DNA of 32,000 nucleotides from Candidatus Lokiarchaeum ossiferum (GCA_025839675.1 CP104013.1:3150001-3182000); one strand, 5' to 3'; numbered from the stretch's first letter, positions 24,001 through 31,723 are shown. Made by a program: numbers and translations. The notes: generated from the sequence alone by a model not told the origin.

Positions 24001-26547
24001 TAAGAAGGAGTTGTGAGATGGGAATAGGGTATGTAAAAGAGCATATAATGTGTCAAGGAGTTGTTTGCGGGGGAGATTCAATGAATTGAAAGTCCGAAGA
24101 TACATTTGAAGACCATGTTGGTCAGAAGGTAATGGGTCAGATGGGGGATGATCAGATGTAGAAACAGGAGGGTCGCAGGTTTCCGCGTTTGATTCGTGGT
24201 TCACAGTATTTTCTGTGTATTCTTCTCCATTTCCTTCATTAGTTTTTTTTTCAGATACTTCTTCTGTCTCTTCCTCACACTCTGACGAAGTGAGGACAGG
24301 AGATGAGGGTGAAATGTTAGGTTTGGAAGTTTCAGAACACTTATCCCCAAAGAATTCAGTATAGGATTGAGTGGGTGCAGTTGTAGAAGCTTCACTGTCA
24401 TACAAAGCGGAAAATTGATCGATATCTTCAGAATTTGGAGGATTCAGCAGATGATCCTCTTCCAAGGGAGAATCAATGTCTTCAAATGGTGGCTCTATAT
24501 CCCGAAGGGATGTTTCATCAATTTCAGGGGAAGTGATTTGCAAATCAGAATCAAGTTCGGAATAAATTTCTTCGGATTGAGTAACGGATGGTGATTCTAA
24601 AGAAAGGAAATCTTCATATCCATCACTCGGTCCGTATGTATTCTCAGAAACCCGCTGTTGTCTGCTATCATCTTCAGATTCAACGAATGCATCTGAATCA
24701 GAATCCATGTTCGATTCCAATGTGGAAATATCATCTATTTCGAATTCCTCCGGTTCGATAATGACTTCATCATCATGAAGGTCTGAAATAGGGGAAGAGG
24801 TAGAATCCTCACAATCTTGCTTATCTCCTTCGTGAAGAGCACTAAGAAAATGGGTTTCGTCTACTGCATTTTCTTTGGGATCAACGAGTTCTGGGATGGA
24901 GGATATATCATCGGTCGATAAATTTTCGATTGTGAAGTCTTCTAGAACATCAGACTGATCCTTATCCGTTGTATTTGGGAAAAAAATTTCATCAGAATTA
25001 ATTTCAATGGGAATTAATGATTCTGAATCGATTTCGGGATTCAGAGGAGGTGGATCAACTAAAATGGGATGCTCATTCAGGGTGGAAGGATCTTCGAGAA
25101 ATTCGTTGGGGGCAAAATTTTCGTCATTTTTGATCATAGGCTCATCCAATTGAGTTTCATCAAAGGGAAATTCGAAATACTGTTCCAATTCGGGATCAAT
25201 GATCAAATCATAGGAGTCTACTTCAAGAGGGAGAGACATAGGAGCAAGCGGATCTTCAAGAGCAGAAATTTCTGTGGGGAGATTAGGATCAAGTATCTCC
25301 TCTTGTAGGAGATCTTCAAGGGAGACATCACCATGATTTACATTAGGTTCAAGATCATAGAGAATATCGGAGATTTCAGGGAATTCTGGAAAAATATCTT
25401 CTTCAATTAAAATTTCAGGAAGGTCACTTGAAGAAGTCATATCCTCAAGGGTTGCTTCCACATCTTCCCATGACATTTGCATTTCTTCTTCCAAGGGATC
25501 GAAGGAGGCTTCAGATAATTCACCTTGTAACAAAAGTTCTCCTTCTGGATTATCCGGATCGTCTCCGAAAGAGATCGGAATCCAATCTCCCGATGTGGTG
25601 GTGGAATCGGATTCGGAGAGGTTTTCCAAATCTTCGAGAGAAAGGGAATCTAATTCCGGTGGAAGCTGAATCATAACCATACCTTCCTCAGAGTCGAGCA
25701 ATAGATCTTCACCGGGGAAGAGTTCAGATGAAGGATCATCAGTATCTGCTTCGTGTGGGAAATCATCACCAGCCATCCCCAGGTCTTCAGCAGGGAGAAA
25801 ATCATTCCATGAATCAGATTCTGCTGAAGTTTCAATGTCGGAAGTGAGTTCAGGATCGTTTGCGGGTAAATATTCTAAGTCAGATGAATCCTCAGGAACA
25901 AGAAGGTTTTCATTGTCAGTATTGTCCACACTGTTCTCGACGGAGTCGTCATGGGAAGTCGAATCTTCGAATTCAGCTGGGATCTCCTCGGATTCGGGAA
26001 TTGATTCTTCCGAAGAATTGAATTGAGAATCGGAATTATCTTCAATTTCATCAGAATCTGATGCAATTGTTTCGTCGGGAAGTAAATTTTCTTCATCCTC
26101 AGATTCATTATCTCCATTAGTCACATTTTCAGAATCGCTAATGAGAGAACCTGGTTCAGTAGTGTCTTGAAAATCGTTACCATCTGCAATCTCACTATCG
26201 TCCTCGGAAGAAACATCTTCTTGCGCTTCTGATGGATCTGAAGGTTCCGAAGGTTCTAAAAGTTCCAAAGGGCCTTCATTCTTTTCCCCTTCATCATCGG
26301 AGGTCTCCTGCGAATCTTCAGAAGAATCAGGAGTTTCGTTAATCTTCTCATCATTGTCTTCTTCGTTATTTTGATCATTTCCTTCTTCAGTGTTTTCATC
26401 CCTCTCTTCTTCTACCTTTTCATCCCTTTCTTCTTCTACCTTTTCATCCCTTTCTTCTTCTACCTTTTCATCACTCTCTTCTTCTTCCTTTTCTTCTTCC
26501 TTTTCATCGTTTTCTTCTTCGATTTCGTTTTCGATGTCTTGTGTCAT
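21091..26547 (-). CDS. Giant orphan protein (1818 aa): ~750-aa polyacidic low-complexity N-terminus, Ser/Pro-rich linkers, ~900-aa C-terminal region with no recognisable domain
   Basis: A single uninterrupted 5.46-kb ORF. The ATG lies 15 nt after the stop of the upstream ATPase gene, and the spacer contains gaggaagg. The N-terminus is E/D/S-rich (MTQDIENEIEEENDEKEEEKEEEESDEKVEEERDEK...). A basic patch HKRRQRQKMRF sits near aa ~890. I could find no canonical catalytic or NTP-binding motif by eye. Confidence 0.8.
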   Translation of the reverse strand: MTQDIENEIEEENDEKEEEKEEEESDEKVEEERDEKVEEERDEKVEEERDENTEEGNDQNNEEDNDEKINETPDSSEDSQETSDDEGEKNEGPLELLEPSEPSDPSEAQEDVSSEDDSEIADGNDFQDTTEPGSLISDSENVTNGDNESEDEENLLPDETIASDSDEIEDNSDSQFNSSEESIPESEEIPAEFEDSTSHDDSVENSVDNTDNENLLVPEDSSDLEYLPANDPELTSDIETSAESDSWNDFLPAEDLGMAGDDFPHEADTDDPSSELFPGEDLLLDSEEGMVMIQLPPELDSLSLEDLENLSESDSTTTSGDWIPISFGDDPDNPEGELLLQGELSEASFDPLEEEMQMSWEDVEATLEDMTSSSDLPEILIEEDIFPEFPEISDILYDLEPNVNHGDVSLEDLLQEEILDPNLPTEISALEDPLAPMSLPLEVDSYDLIIDPELEQYFEFPFDETQLDEPMIKNDENFAPNEFLEDPSTLNEHPILVDPPPLNPEIDSESLIPIEINSDEIFFPNTTDKDQSDVLEDFTIENLSTDDISSIPELVDPKENAVDETHFLSALHEGDKQDCEDSTSSPISDLHDDEVIIEPEEFEIDDISTLESNMDSDSDAFVESEDDSRQQRVSENTYGPSDGYEDFLSLESPSVTQSEEIYSELDSDLQITSPEIDETSLRDIEPPFEDIDSPLEEDHLLNPPNSEDIDQFSALYDSEASTTAPTQSYTEFFGDKCSETSKPNISPSSPVLTSSECEEETEEVSEKKTNEGNGEEYTENTVNHESNAETCDPPVSTSDHPPSDPLPSDQHGLQMYLRTFNSLNLPRKQLLDTLYALLHTLFPSHNSFLDLSAQELLSFLNTLQLTLTHVTFRVFMDLLRDYRHFLHKIRQKHIFQSHKRRQRQKMRFITYQPPIPEDEWEELQESSESTAIAFYSPYLPFMPYMTFQPQMSFALSRSPSLSRSLYFTAAGTSSPPSDPSPSKTSASSPSQPSDDSLPAEPCLDSSSADPELLTLLESLEGPLISPFARVSTLEDVQTFDLSTFLHSLMEKTLRSQSHTSPSAYFEAMKQKAFQHYCHSHPYIYLSQQAKSSRQPVILYETSYPANEALILTYFMESLHLPYDEACRLLHEWKTGKIRLSSSTPYGPLPDFAVPLSIAGTVAFQSVTIGSQGSHPPIFKSNALPHLEYLKELLDARFTFKSFLESRHNKIQQMGWFQDVYTMVRNIAYVACTAWCTKSLKTLARWNLVKSIQNYVTKLRTKPPLHDLWIAVNHILHAGLLLEHYGFVTRTQILEQIFTSSALHDLLPGRSDTRQDWLSANLETLVALSPQWRVLSPPEKSLIQTTLGDGSSDITTAVYANLRHPLHLPFWKPFLLFFELLRKIFRLGTPEAFGSLIKNTTTKKNSATALFPLLPASTASLTSNRPTTVVTGIINDFFKIYLSLSTPLFSVKDTQSLFVKPTRSPRYFSCPVPQQTLALDVFLQFFCHLFFRGNWTIFNTWHRYATRQFYQGGIEPFSGNFLTYSQLLELLSAQLDRRTLLTRYFTIEGKLTKVIADSFFERDILDDLKIIEPSLRSIQARETFNKILRHDSINVKYQMDQGDGKGKTTRKAILDIGATFKIKKQLWGLLLECLGFKAKFKGKLYALKKELQLLAYLACGFAPLYIPYDDSTTRRFYFNQTKDEKFVQNVRYIGIKAPLLSRYQFKKLLVALSLSQMSLIDTLRHLSDTSYYEKWKFNSKKGAKEIQVRLGLIVNNSYVEEIITSDGKINPKAINSKMLTWWINFLRMNKKFINKKLNLAWIHLHFKNWLEEYNKKHDV
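26397..26492 (-). repeat. 24-nt tandem repeat (3 near-perfect copies plus 1 degenerate) encoding (DEKVEEER)n
   Basis: The plus-strand unit catccctYtcttcttctacctttt occurs at 26397-26420, 26421-26444 and 26445-26468, with a degenerate copy at 26469-26492. It lies in frame within the N-terminus of the 1818-aa CDS. Confidence 0.85.
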
Positions 26548-26562
26548 GAAAGATTTCCTTCC

Positions 26563-29139
26563 TCAAGGGGAATGTTCTAGTTGTTGTCCAACCGGTTTCA
26601 TAAATAAAATAATTGTGATGATTTTTTTCGCGAGGATGTATAATTGATAAACTAATTTGGGGGTGAGTTTGGGATGTCTGTTAGAACAATGGGACCAAAG
26701 GCGATTAAACAATGATACATAGCGATCAAATTGTTCCTTTAAAGCAATTTTAGCACCCCATAGGATTGTTATGTTGGGAATCATGTGATTTAAACAAGTG
26801 GCACTAATTTTTTGTCCTGAAGATTTCTTTTGAAGATAGAAATGAAGTCGGGTTCCCCATATGGATTGCACTAAGGAAAAAGCTTGAAAAAGGTAATGGT
26901 GCTGTAAACAATAGGCAAAGGAATTTTTCAAATGTTTCATAGTATTTTCTTGGAGAAAGCATGGATGATAATAGGGTTGTTGATAAAGGAGCTTTTGATA
27001 GTGCCAGAGCCAGAGAGTTCGAGGATGCAGGATTGGAGGAGGATTGGTGATTGAAACACCTTGGTCCGTAATTTTTTTTGTGAACCCAAGAAATCGATCT
27101 GCCGCATTGATCAATAGGAAATGACGTTTGGGTAATGTTTGTAGAATTCGAATTTCTTTGGGATCAGTGCTAAAAAGAGTGGGGGATTGTGAGTCATTTA
27201 AGTTGAAGAGAATTCTAATTCCGGGAATCATTTGCACATTTGGAATTAACGACGAAGGATTTTGATCTGCAAAAATCATAGCCAAACCTCGGCTGCGATA
27301 CTCGGTTAGGATTTCGTGCATTAATTGACTCATTTTTTGAGTGGCATTGTTTTCATCCGATTCATGGATCCCTTGGGAATAAGATTTAGAGAAGACACGG
27401 TGACATTCATCAATCAGAAGGACATAATGGAGATGGCCTTTTTGTTCAGGAAGATAGGATTGAATCATATTGAGGATGAGAAATACCAAGAATTTTTTAA
27501 TAGCTTCACTGCAGGGAGTAAGGTCTAAGAATATGGATTTTCCTTGGATCCAGTAATTGAACCAGGCGGGGACAAATGTACGATATGCGGTAGTGCGGAT
27601 AAATTCTTTAGTAAGTAAGCTATCAATTCGATTTTCGAGCACTCGCAAAATGTTTTTCTGGACATTCGCACCATATTGATGTTTAGCTTCTGTATGATCG
27701 GTCACCACCGCATTAAAAAAGAGCCGGAGCGTAGAAGGAATTTGGCGTTTAGCAACAACGCGTTTTAGAACAGTATGAAAGATCGAATTGTAAGGATCAC
27801 CCCGCCCAACTCCAGCCACTAGCATGTCTGCAGCACTTCGAAGGAGTTGTTCCCTATTTGCAACGGGGGAACGATAATTTTCAATATTAAACTCCCGTTT
27901 CTCTATGCCCAGAGTTAAATAAGGGATCAATAACATTTCATCCCCATAGGTAAACACTTGATCTACTACTCCTTGATATTCATTTACCTGCGTAGATTTT
28001 CCAATACCAAGAATTAATTTTCCAACGTGGGGTTGTTTCGTCGCGAGTTCATCCATTAAAATACGTAGAAAACTACTTTTTCCAAATCCAGGTTTTCCAG
28101 CTACAATCATATGGCGTGGGAGATCATCGATGGGAATTGTAACCGGATTGGAGGTAATTTGGCTATTAGAAACAAAAGTTCCTAGATTTAAACGAGAGGG
28201 GATATCTATATGTTCTTCGAGAAAGATATTTTCGAGGGGATATGCGTAACTGGAGCGAATTTTGAGGTTGGAGGGAAAAGAGAAATCAAAATTTCGTTTA
28301 GTAACTTCTAAGGATGATTCCAATGATGTCAGATCCTTTAATCCATTGATCAGGTCCCAGTAATAATAGCTGACTGAAGTATCCAAAGTGCTGATAGTAG
28401 CAAGATTAGTTTTGGGTGAATTATGTCTACTTTTCAAGCAAGAATTAAATGAATTTCTTAAGGAATTTAGATTTTGAAGGATTTCATCATAGTGATCTTT
28501 TGGGGGAGGATGAGCGAGAAAATCACACCAAAAAAAGATGCGAATGGAATATTTCTCATCATAGGGATGACTAGTTGTACCAGTTTTTTGAAACAATAAG
28601 GCGCAATGAAAATCCGATGTAGTATTGATGGCCATAGCGACAAAATTTGGAATTAGGGTTAGAGATGTATGAAGAAATAAATGACCTGTAAACTTAAGTT
28701 CCCAGATTCGAATGAATTCGTTAAGGGGTTGAATAGGAATTATGGTGACTTCTCCATCGAGGCCAAGAAGGCTTGTTTTGAGCCGATTGAGGATTATTTT
28801 AGAATTTTGTTCTTGGAACGCTTGGTTGGAAGTATTTGGAACGAAGAGTTTCATGCTTTTTTTGGTGATATCCACGATATATACTTGGCCATCTCCCAAG
28901 TAATCTAGTATCCATGGTGAATCAGTGGAAGATTGGTTGATAGATTTTGCAGAATGGAATTTTTCTTCTGATTCAGAGGCAGATAATGGTTTGGTAACAA
29001 TATTAATTACAAAATGAGTTGGAAGAGCAGAGGAATCCTGAGAATTGGGACAGGAAGAACCTGATAGAGTTTTTATCACCATGTTTATCGCCAAATGGGT
29101 GCTGAGAAGGACAAAAGAAGATCCCTGAGTCCGAATCAC
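26563..29139 (-). CDS. HerA/FtsK-superfamily (DUF87/VirB4-like) P-loop ATPase; start codon uncertain
   Basis: Up to 858 aa. Walker A is PRHMIVAGKPGFGKSS. Walker B is HYVLLIDECHRVF. The downstream YRSRGLAMIFADQNPSSL resembles the R-E-G-R-K-x-G-h-x-h-h-x-x-S/T-Q-R-P-S-x-L block of HerA-like proteins, and LQTLPKRHFLLINA resembles the terminal L-x-x-L-x-x-G-x-A-h-h block. The GTG at 29139 lies ~29 nt from a TATA-like ctttataaaa (29164-29173). Alternative ATG: M20 at 29082. Confidence 0.8.
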   Translation of the reverse strand: MIRTQGSSFVLLSTHLAINMVIKTLSGSSCPNSQDSSALPTHFVINIVTKPLSASESEEKFHSAKSINQSSTDSPWILDYLGDGQVYIVDITKKSMKLFVPNTSNQAFQEQNSKIILNRLKTSLLGLDGEVTIIPIQPLNEFIRIWELKFTGHLFLHTSLTLIPNFVAMAINTTSDFHCALLFQKTGTTSHPYDEKYSIRIFFWCDFLAHPPPKDHYDEILQNLNSLRNSFNSCLKSRHNSPKTNLATISTLDTSVSYYYWDLINGLKDLTSLESSLEVTKRNFDFSFPSNLKIRSSYAYPLENIFLEEHIDIPSRLNLGTFVSNSQITSNPVTIPIDDLPRHMIVAGKPGFGKSSFLRILMDELATKQPHVGKLILGIGKSTQVNEYQGVVDQVFTYGDEMLLIPYLTLGIEKREFNIENYRSPVANREQLLRSAADMLVAGVGRGDPYNSIFHTVLKRVVAKRQIPSTLRLFFNAVVTDHTEAKHQYGANVQKNILRVLENRIDSLLTKEFIRTTAYRTFVPAWFNYWIQGKSIFLDLTPCSEAIKKFLVFLILNMIQSYLPEQKGHLHYVLLIDECHRVFSKSYSQGIHESDENNATQKMSQLMHEILTEYRSRGLAMIFADQNPSSLIPNVQMIPGIRILFNLNDSQSPTLFSTDPKEIRILQTLPKRHFLLINAADRFLGFTKKITDQGVSITNPPPILHPRTLWLWHYQKLLYQQPYYHPCFLQENTMKHLKNSFAYCLQHHYLFQAFSLVQSIWGTRLHFYLQKKSSGQKISATCLNHMIPNITILWGAKIALKEQFDRYVSLFNRLWSHCSNRHPKLTPKLVYQLYILAKKIITIILFMKPVGQQLEHSP

Positions 29140-29204
29140 CCTCTACAAGTATATAATTTAGATCTTTATAAAATCAAAAAGATGCAGAAGGAAGAAGATA
29201 AATG

Positions 29205-29378
29205 TTATTTGGAGGAAAAAAGGCACCCAGCAACAAGTAAAATTATGATGAGAAGGTCATAAGGTCCAAAAAAGGGGATTGATCGAGTAATCCAAACAAA
29301 TTTAGAATTAAAATATAAAATACCTATAATAATAACAAAGATAGTGACAATTTTTCCAAGATCAAGTCCCCTTCTCAT
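29205..29378 (-). CDS. Small 2-TM membrane protein (57 aa)
   Basis: MRRGLDLGKIVTIFVIIIGILYFNSKFVWITRSIPFFGPYDLLIIILLVAGCLFSSK. I prefer the ATG at 29378 over the TTG at 29459 in the ORF track. A TATA-like ttttaaa lies ~26 nt upstream, and the paralogous fragment at 30692-30790 starts at the equivalent Met. Confidence 0.5.
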   Translation of the reverse strand: MRRGLDLGKIVTIFVIIIGILYFNSKFVWITRSIPFFGPYDLLIIILLVAGCLFSSK

Positions 29379-29570
29379 AAAATCTATTCCATCATATATA
29401 TTTAAAATCGAAGAATGAATGATGGATTCTGATTTAAGAAATATCTGGAAAAAAAACAAAAGGCAATATAAAAAAAGGCATTGGAAATAATTTTGTAATA
29501 TTTGTTAATACTACAATATAAGATATTATAATGTTATTAAGTATAATGCAAGGAGAAGAGTATAATAATA

Positions 29571-29717
29571 ATGAAAAAAAAACAAATTACAATCAGCTTG
29601 GATGAGGATGTCATAAAAAAAATGGAAGAAGTGAGAAAGATAACCGGACTCCCAATCAGTACCCAAATAGAACTCAAATTGAAAGGATATATTGTGAAGA
29701 AAGAAATAGATGAATAA
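29571..29717 (+). CDS. Ribbon-helix-helix (CopG/Arc-like) small DNA-binding protein (48 aa)
   Basis: It is not in the ORF track because it is shorter than 60 aa. The sequence is MKKKQITISLDEDVIKKMEEVRKITGLPISTQIELKLKGYIVKKEIDE. The N-terminal beta-strand pattern (K-x-I-T-I-S-L-D) followed by two helices is typical RHH. aggag lies upstream. A paralog at 30356-30517 conserves GLPISTQIELK-x-KGYIV. Confidence 0.6.
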   Translation: MKKKQITISLDEDVIKKMEEVRKITGLPISTQIELKLKGYIVKKEIDE

Positions 29718-29718
29718 A

Positions 29719-30174
29719 TTAATAGCCAAATAATTTCCTTGAAATAAAATTTCGTTTTTGATATATTTCAAAATTGTGAATAATTTCATCCATTTCTTTT
29801 TCAATTCGTTTTACCCAACCTTCATTGGATTCTAACTTCTTTTTTTTGGGGATATGAGTTAGTTTTTTGAGATTGGAATCGAAATTTCCTTTATTTCGGA
29901 AATTTATCGCATCATTTTTTACCAGTAAATCTAAAAGATATTGTACACTTGACATCATATCCTCACAGAAATTAAAATCAGGAATTATGGAAGCTTTCAT
30001 TAGGACATATTCTCGATGTTTCCAAACGTTGATTATTATTTTCAATTGTCCAAAAATATCTTGAATATTTTCATTGTTTGCTTCTTGTTTTTTGAAAACC
30101 CGATCAATTACTTTTTTGATTATATACGGGATTATAATAGTGATTAATCCCAAAATATAAGAAAGCAAGTCCAT
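29719..30174 (-). CDS. Hypothetical N-terminally membrane-anchored protein (151 aa)
   Basis: The N-terminal TM is LLSYILGLITIIIPYII, followed by a charged soluble domain. A TATA-like tttatata lies ~30 nt upstream of the ATG. No family was recognised. Confidence 0.5.
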   Translation of the reverse strand: MDLLSYILGLITIIIPYIIKKVIDRVFKKQEANNENIQDIFGQLKIIINVWKHREYVLMKASIIPDFNFCEDMMSSVQYLLDLLVKNDAINFRNKGNFDSNLKKLTHIPKKKKLESNEGWVKRIEKEMDEIIHNFEIYQKRNFISRKLFGY

Positions 30175-30355
30175 TTGATCTAGTAAGAAAACTTATAGTA
30201 TATAAACTTTTAAGATAAAACATTTTATTATAATTTAATCTCTTATGTTGCCTTAGAAACTATTATAATATAGGTAATTATAAGGATTTTTAAATACACA
30301 CACGTATAGTATATTGGAGAAAACAATTTGATCTTTTCTTCAATTAGATAATGTG

Positions 30356-30517
30356 ATGGCAATGACAAAAAAACAAGTCACTATAACTCTAGATCATTCT
30401 ATTGTACACGAAATGGAGCAGATTCGGGAGGATACAGGTCTCCCAATTAGTACACAAATAGAATTGAAGATGAAAGGATATATTGTCAGAAAAGAACATG
30501 AACCAATTGCAAACTAA
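30356..30517 (+). CDS. Ribbon-helix-helix small protein (53 aa), paralog of 29571-29717
   Basis: The sequence is MAMTKKQVTITLDHSIVHEMEQIREDTGLPISTQIELKMKGYIVRKEHEPIAN. It aligns end to end with the 48-aa RHH. It is below the ORF-track cut-off. Confidence 0.6.
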   Translation: MAMTKKQVTITLDHSIVHEMEQIREDTGLPISTQIELKMKGYIVRKEHEPIAN

Positions 30518-30691
30518 ATTTTAGGAGGTTTTTTTTTACCAAGCTGTTTTTTTTTCTATATTTTGTTGAGATTACTCAAAAAACTTGGAAGTAATAATAT
30601 TTAAATTGTTTGTGGGAATATGATGGGAATCGAAATCATTTTTTCATTAATGCAGATAAGAATTATAATTTGACCCTACTTGATTGCTAAT

Positions 30692-30790
30692 TCAAATTTC
30701 AAGATATTCTAGATTTCCTAGGAATACTGATGGCGAATCTATTTTGAAAAAGATAGTGACAATTTTACCAAAATCAAGTCTCCTTCCCAT
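30692..30790 (-). pseudogene. Truncated or diverged paralog of the small 2-TM protein gene
   Basis: It encodes MGRRLDFGKIVTIFFKIDSPSVFLGNLEYLEI. The first 14 aa and the upstream ~40 nt (including tttaaaa at -26) match 29337-29420, after which the sequence diverges and loses both TM helices. Nucleotide similarity is visible over about 30752-30830. Confidence 0.35.
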
Positions 30791-30913
30791 GAAATATCTT
30801 TTTTCCAGATTATTTAAAACCGAAAGAGGATGGATTGAGTAAAAAGCAAAAAAAACTAGAACTAAAATTTTTTGCGAACGAAAAGAAAAAATGTAAGAAG
30901 ATAATCCTAAACA

Positions 30914-31723
30914 TTAGATACGGAACTTTTCTCGAAGTAGATTTGATGGTTTAGCATATTGATAGGGTCCACAAATTTTTTTGGTGGAGATGGCCGTTGT
31001 GGGGCAATGATTGTAACAGAACCAACACCCGAAACATTTTTCCTCATCAAATTGGGGGTTTGGGGATAAAGTAATTGCTCCATAGGGACAACCTTTTTCA
31101 CAGATACCACATTTGGTGCATTTTTCAAGATCAACATATTTTTCACCCATATCTTTCTTTGCGGTTTCGGTCGACAACCGGAGAATTTTGCTGAGAATGG
31201 TAGTTATTAAATTTGTTCTAACTTTCGCTGCTGGAAAATTTTCCATTGTTGGATGGGTGGATAATATTAACTTCAATTCGGAAATAAAGGCGTCAAATTT
31301 GGTTAATTCCTGCGAATTTGGAGAATTTTCATAACTTTGACCTCGTTTTATCATTGGAGGGTAATTTTCAGGGAGGTGTAAGGCAAAACTGGCAATCGTA
31401 CGGAACCCTCGCTTTTTTATGGCTTTTGCCAGTGATTTCAAAGTATTTCCTGAAGTGAATCCATGAGTGCTAAGAATGAAAGCAGGTTTATTTGATTGTT
31501 CAGCAATATTTTCCACAAATTGCATGACTAAATGCGAGGGGAGCCAAAAATTAGTAAAAGTTGCAAATCCAATTATTTTGAAATTATCAAGATCAGGAAT
31601 AGTATCATATTTTGCCATGTTAAAAAGTTCGAAGTCAATTTTTGAATTTAATTTGTGGACAAGATAGTTACAAGCAAGTTTAGTGTTACCAGATCCCGAA
31701 TAATAGAAGATTATCCCTCTCAT
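30914..31723 (-). CDS. Flavodoxin-like domain fused to a 2x[4Fe-4S] ferredoxin domain (EFR1-type)
   Basis: The N-terminus MRGIIFYYSGSGNTKLA is a flavodoxin FMN-phosphate loop. The C-terminus has two Cys clusters, CTKCGICEKGCP and CFGCWFCYNHCP (C-x2-C-x2-C-x3-CP). Confidence 0.8.
   Translation of the reverse strand: MRGIIFYYSGSGNTKLACNYLVHKLNSKIDFELFNMAKYDTIPDLDNFKIIGFATFTNFWLPSHLVMQFVENIAEQSNKPAFILSTHGFTSGNTLKSLAKAIKKRGFRTIASFALHLPENYPPMIKRGQSYENSPNSQELTKFDAFISELKLILSTHPTMENFPAAKVRTNLITTILSKILRLSTETAKKDMGEKYVDLEKCTKCGICEKGCPYGAITLSPNPQFDEEKCFGCWFCYNHCPTTAISTKKICGPYQYAKPSNLLREKFRI

Noticed and set aside
21748-26647. About 20 ORFs of 60-124 aa inside or overlapping the 1818-aa gene. These include plus-strand ORFs (e.g. 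23274-23648, 23453-23719, 25428-25676, 26390-26647) and out-of-frame minus-strand ORFs (e.g. 21897-22178, 22830-23114, 23564-23791).
   Set aside because: All are nested in one uninterrupted 5.46-kb ORF. They are low-complexity mirror images of the acidic or Ser-rich coding strand (poly-F/S/L, R/G-rich). The locally higher GC content reduces stop-codon frequency, which explains them. No start signals were seen.
29219-29226. aaggcacc matches the 3' end of the intron-containing tRNA (20128-20135) close to the far edge of the GC-rich block. This could be an att remnant.
   Set aside because: It is only an 8-nt match, which is expected by chance roughly once in 64 kb of two-strand sequence. It lies inside the small TM protein's coding sequence and the similarity does not extend further.
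29526-29804. 92-aa minus-strand ORF (MKKKWMKLFTILKY...).
   Set aside because: It overlaps the RHH gene on the opposite strand, which is supported by a paralog. It also overlaps the 3' end of the 151-aa ORF in another frame. Its aromatic/low-complexity composition is typical of AT-rich antisense frames.
30907-31146. 79-aa minus-strand ORF overlapping the flavodoxin/ferredoxin gene.
   Set aside because: It is out of frame within a gene whose Cys-cluster motifs clearly define the real frame.
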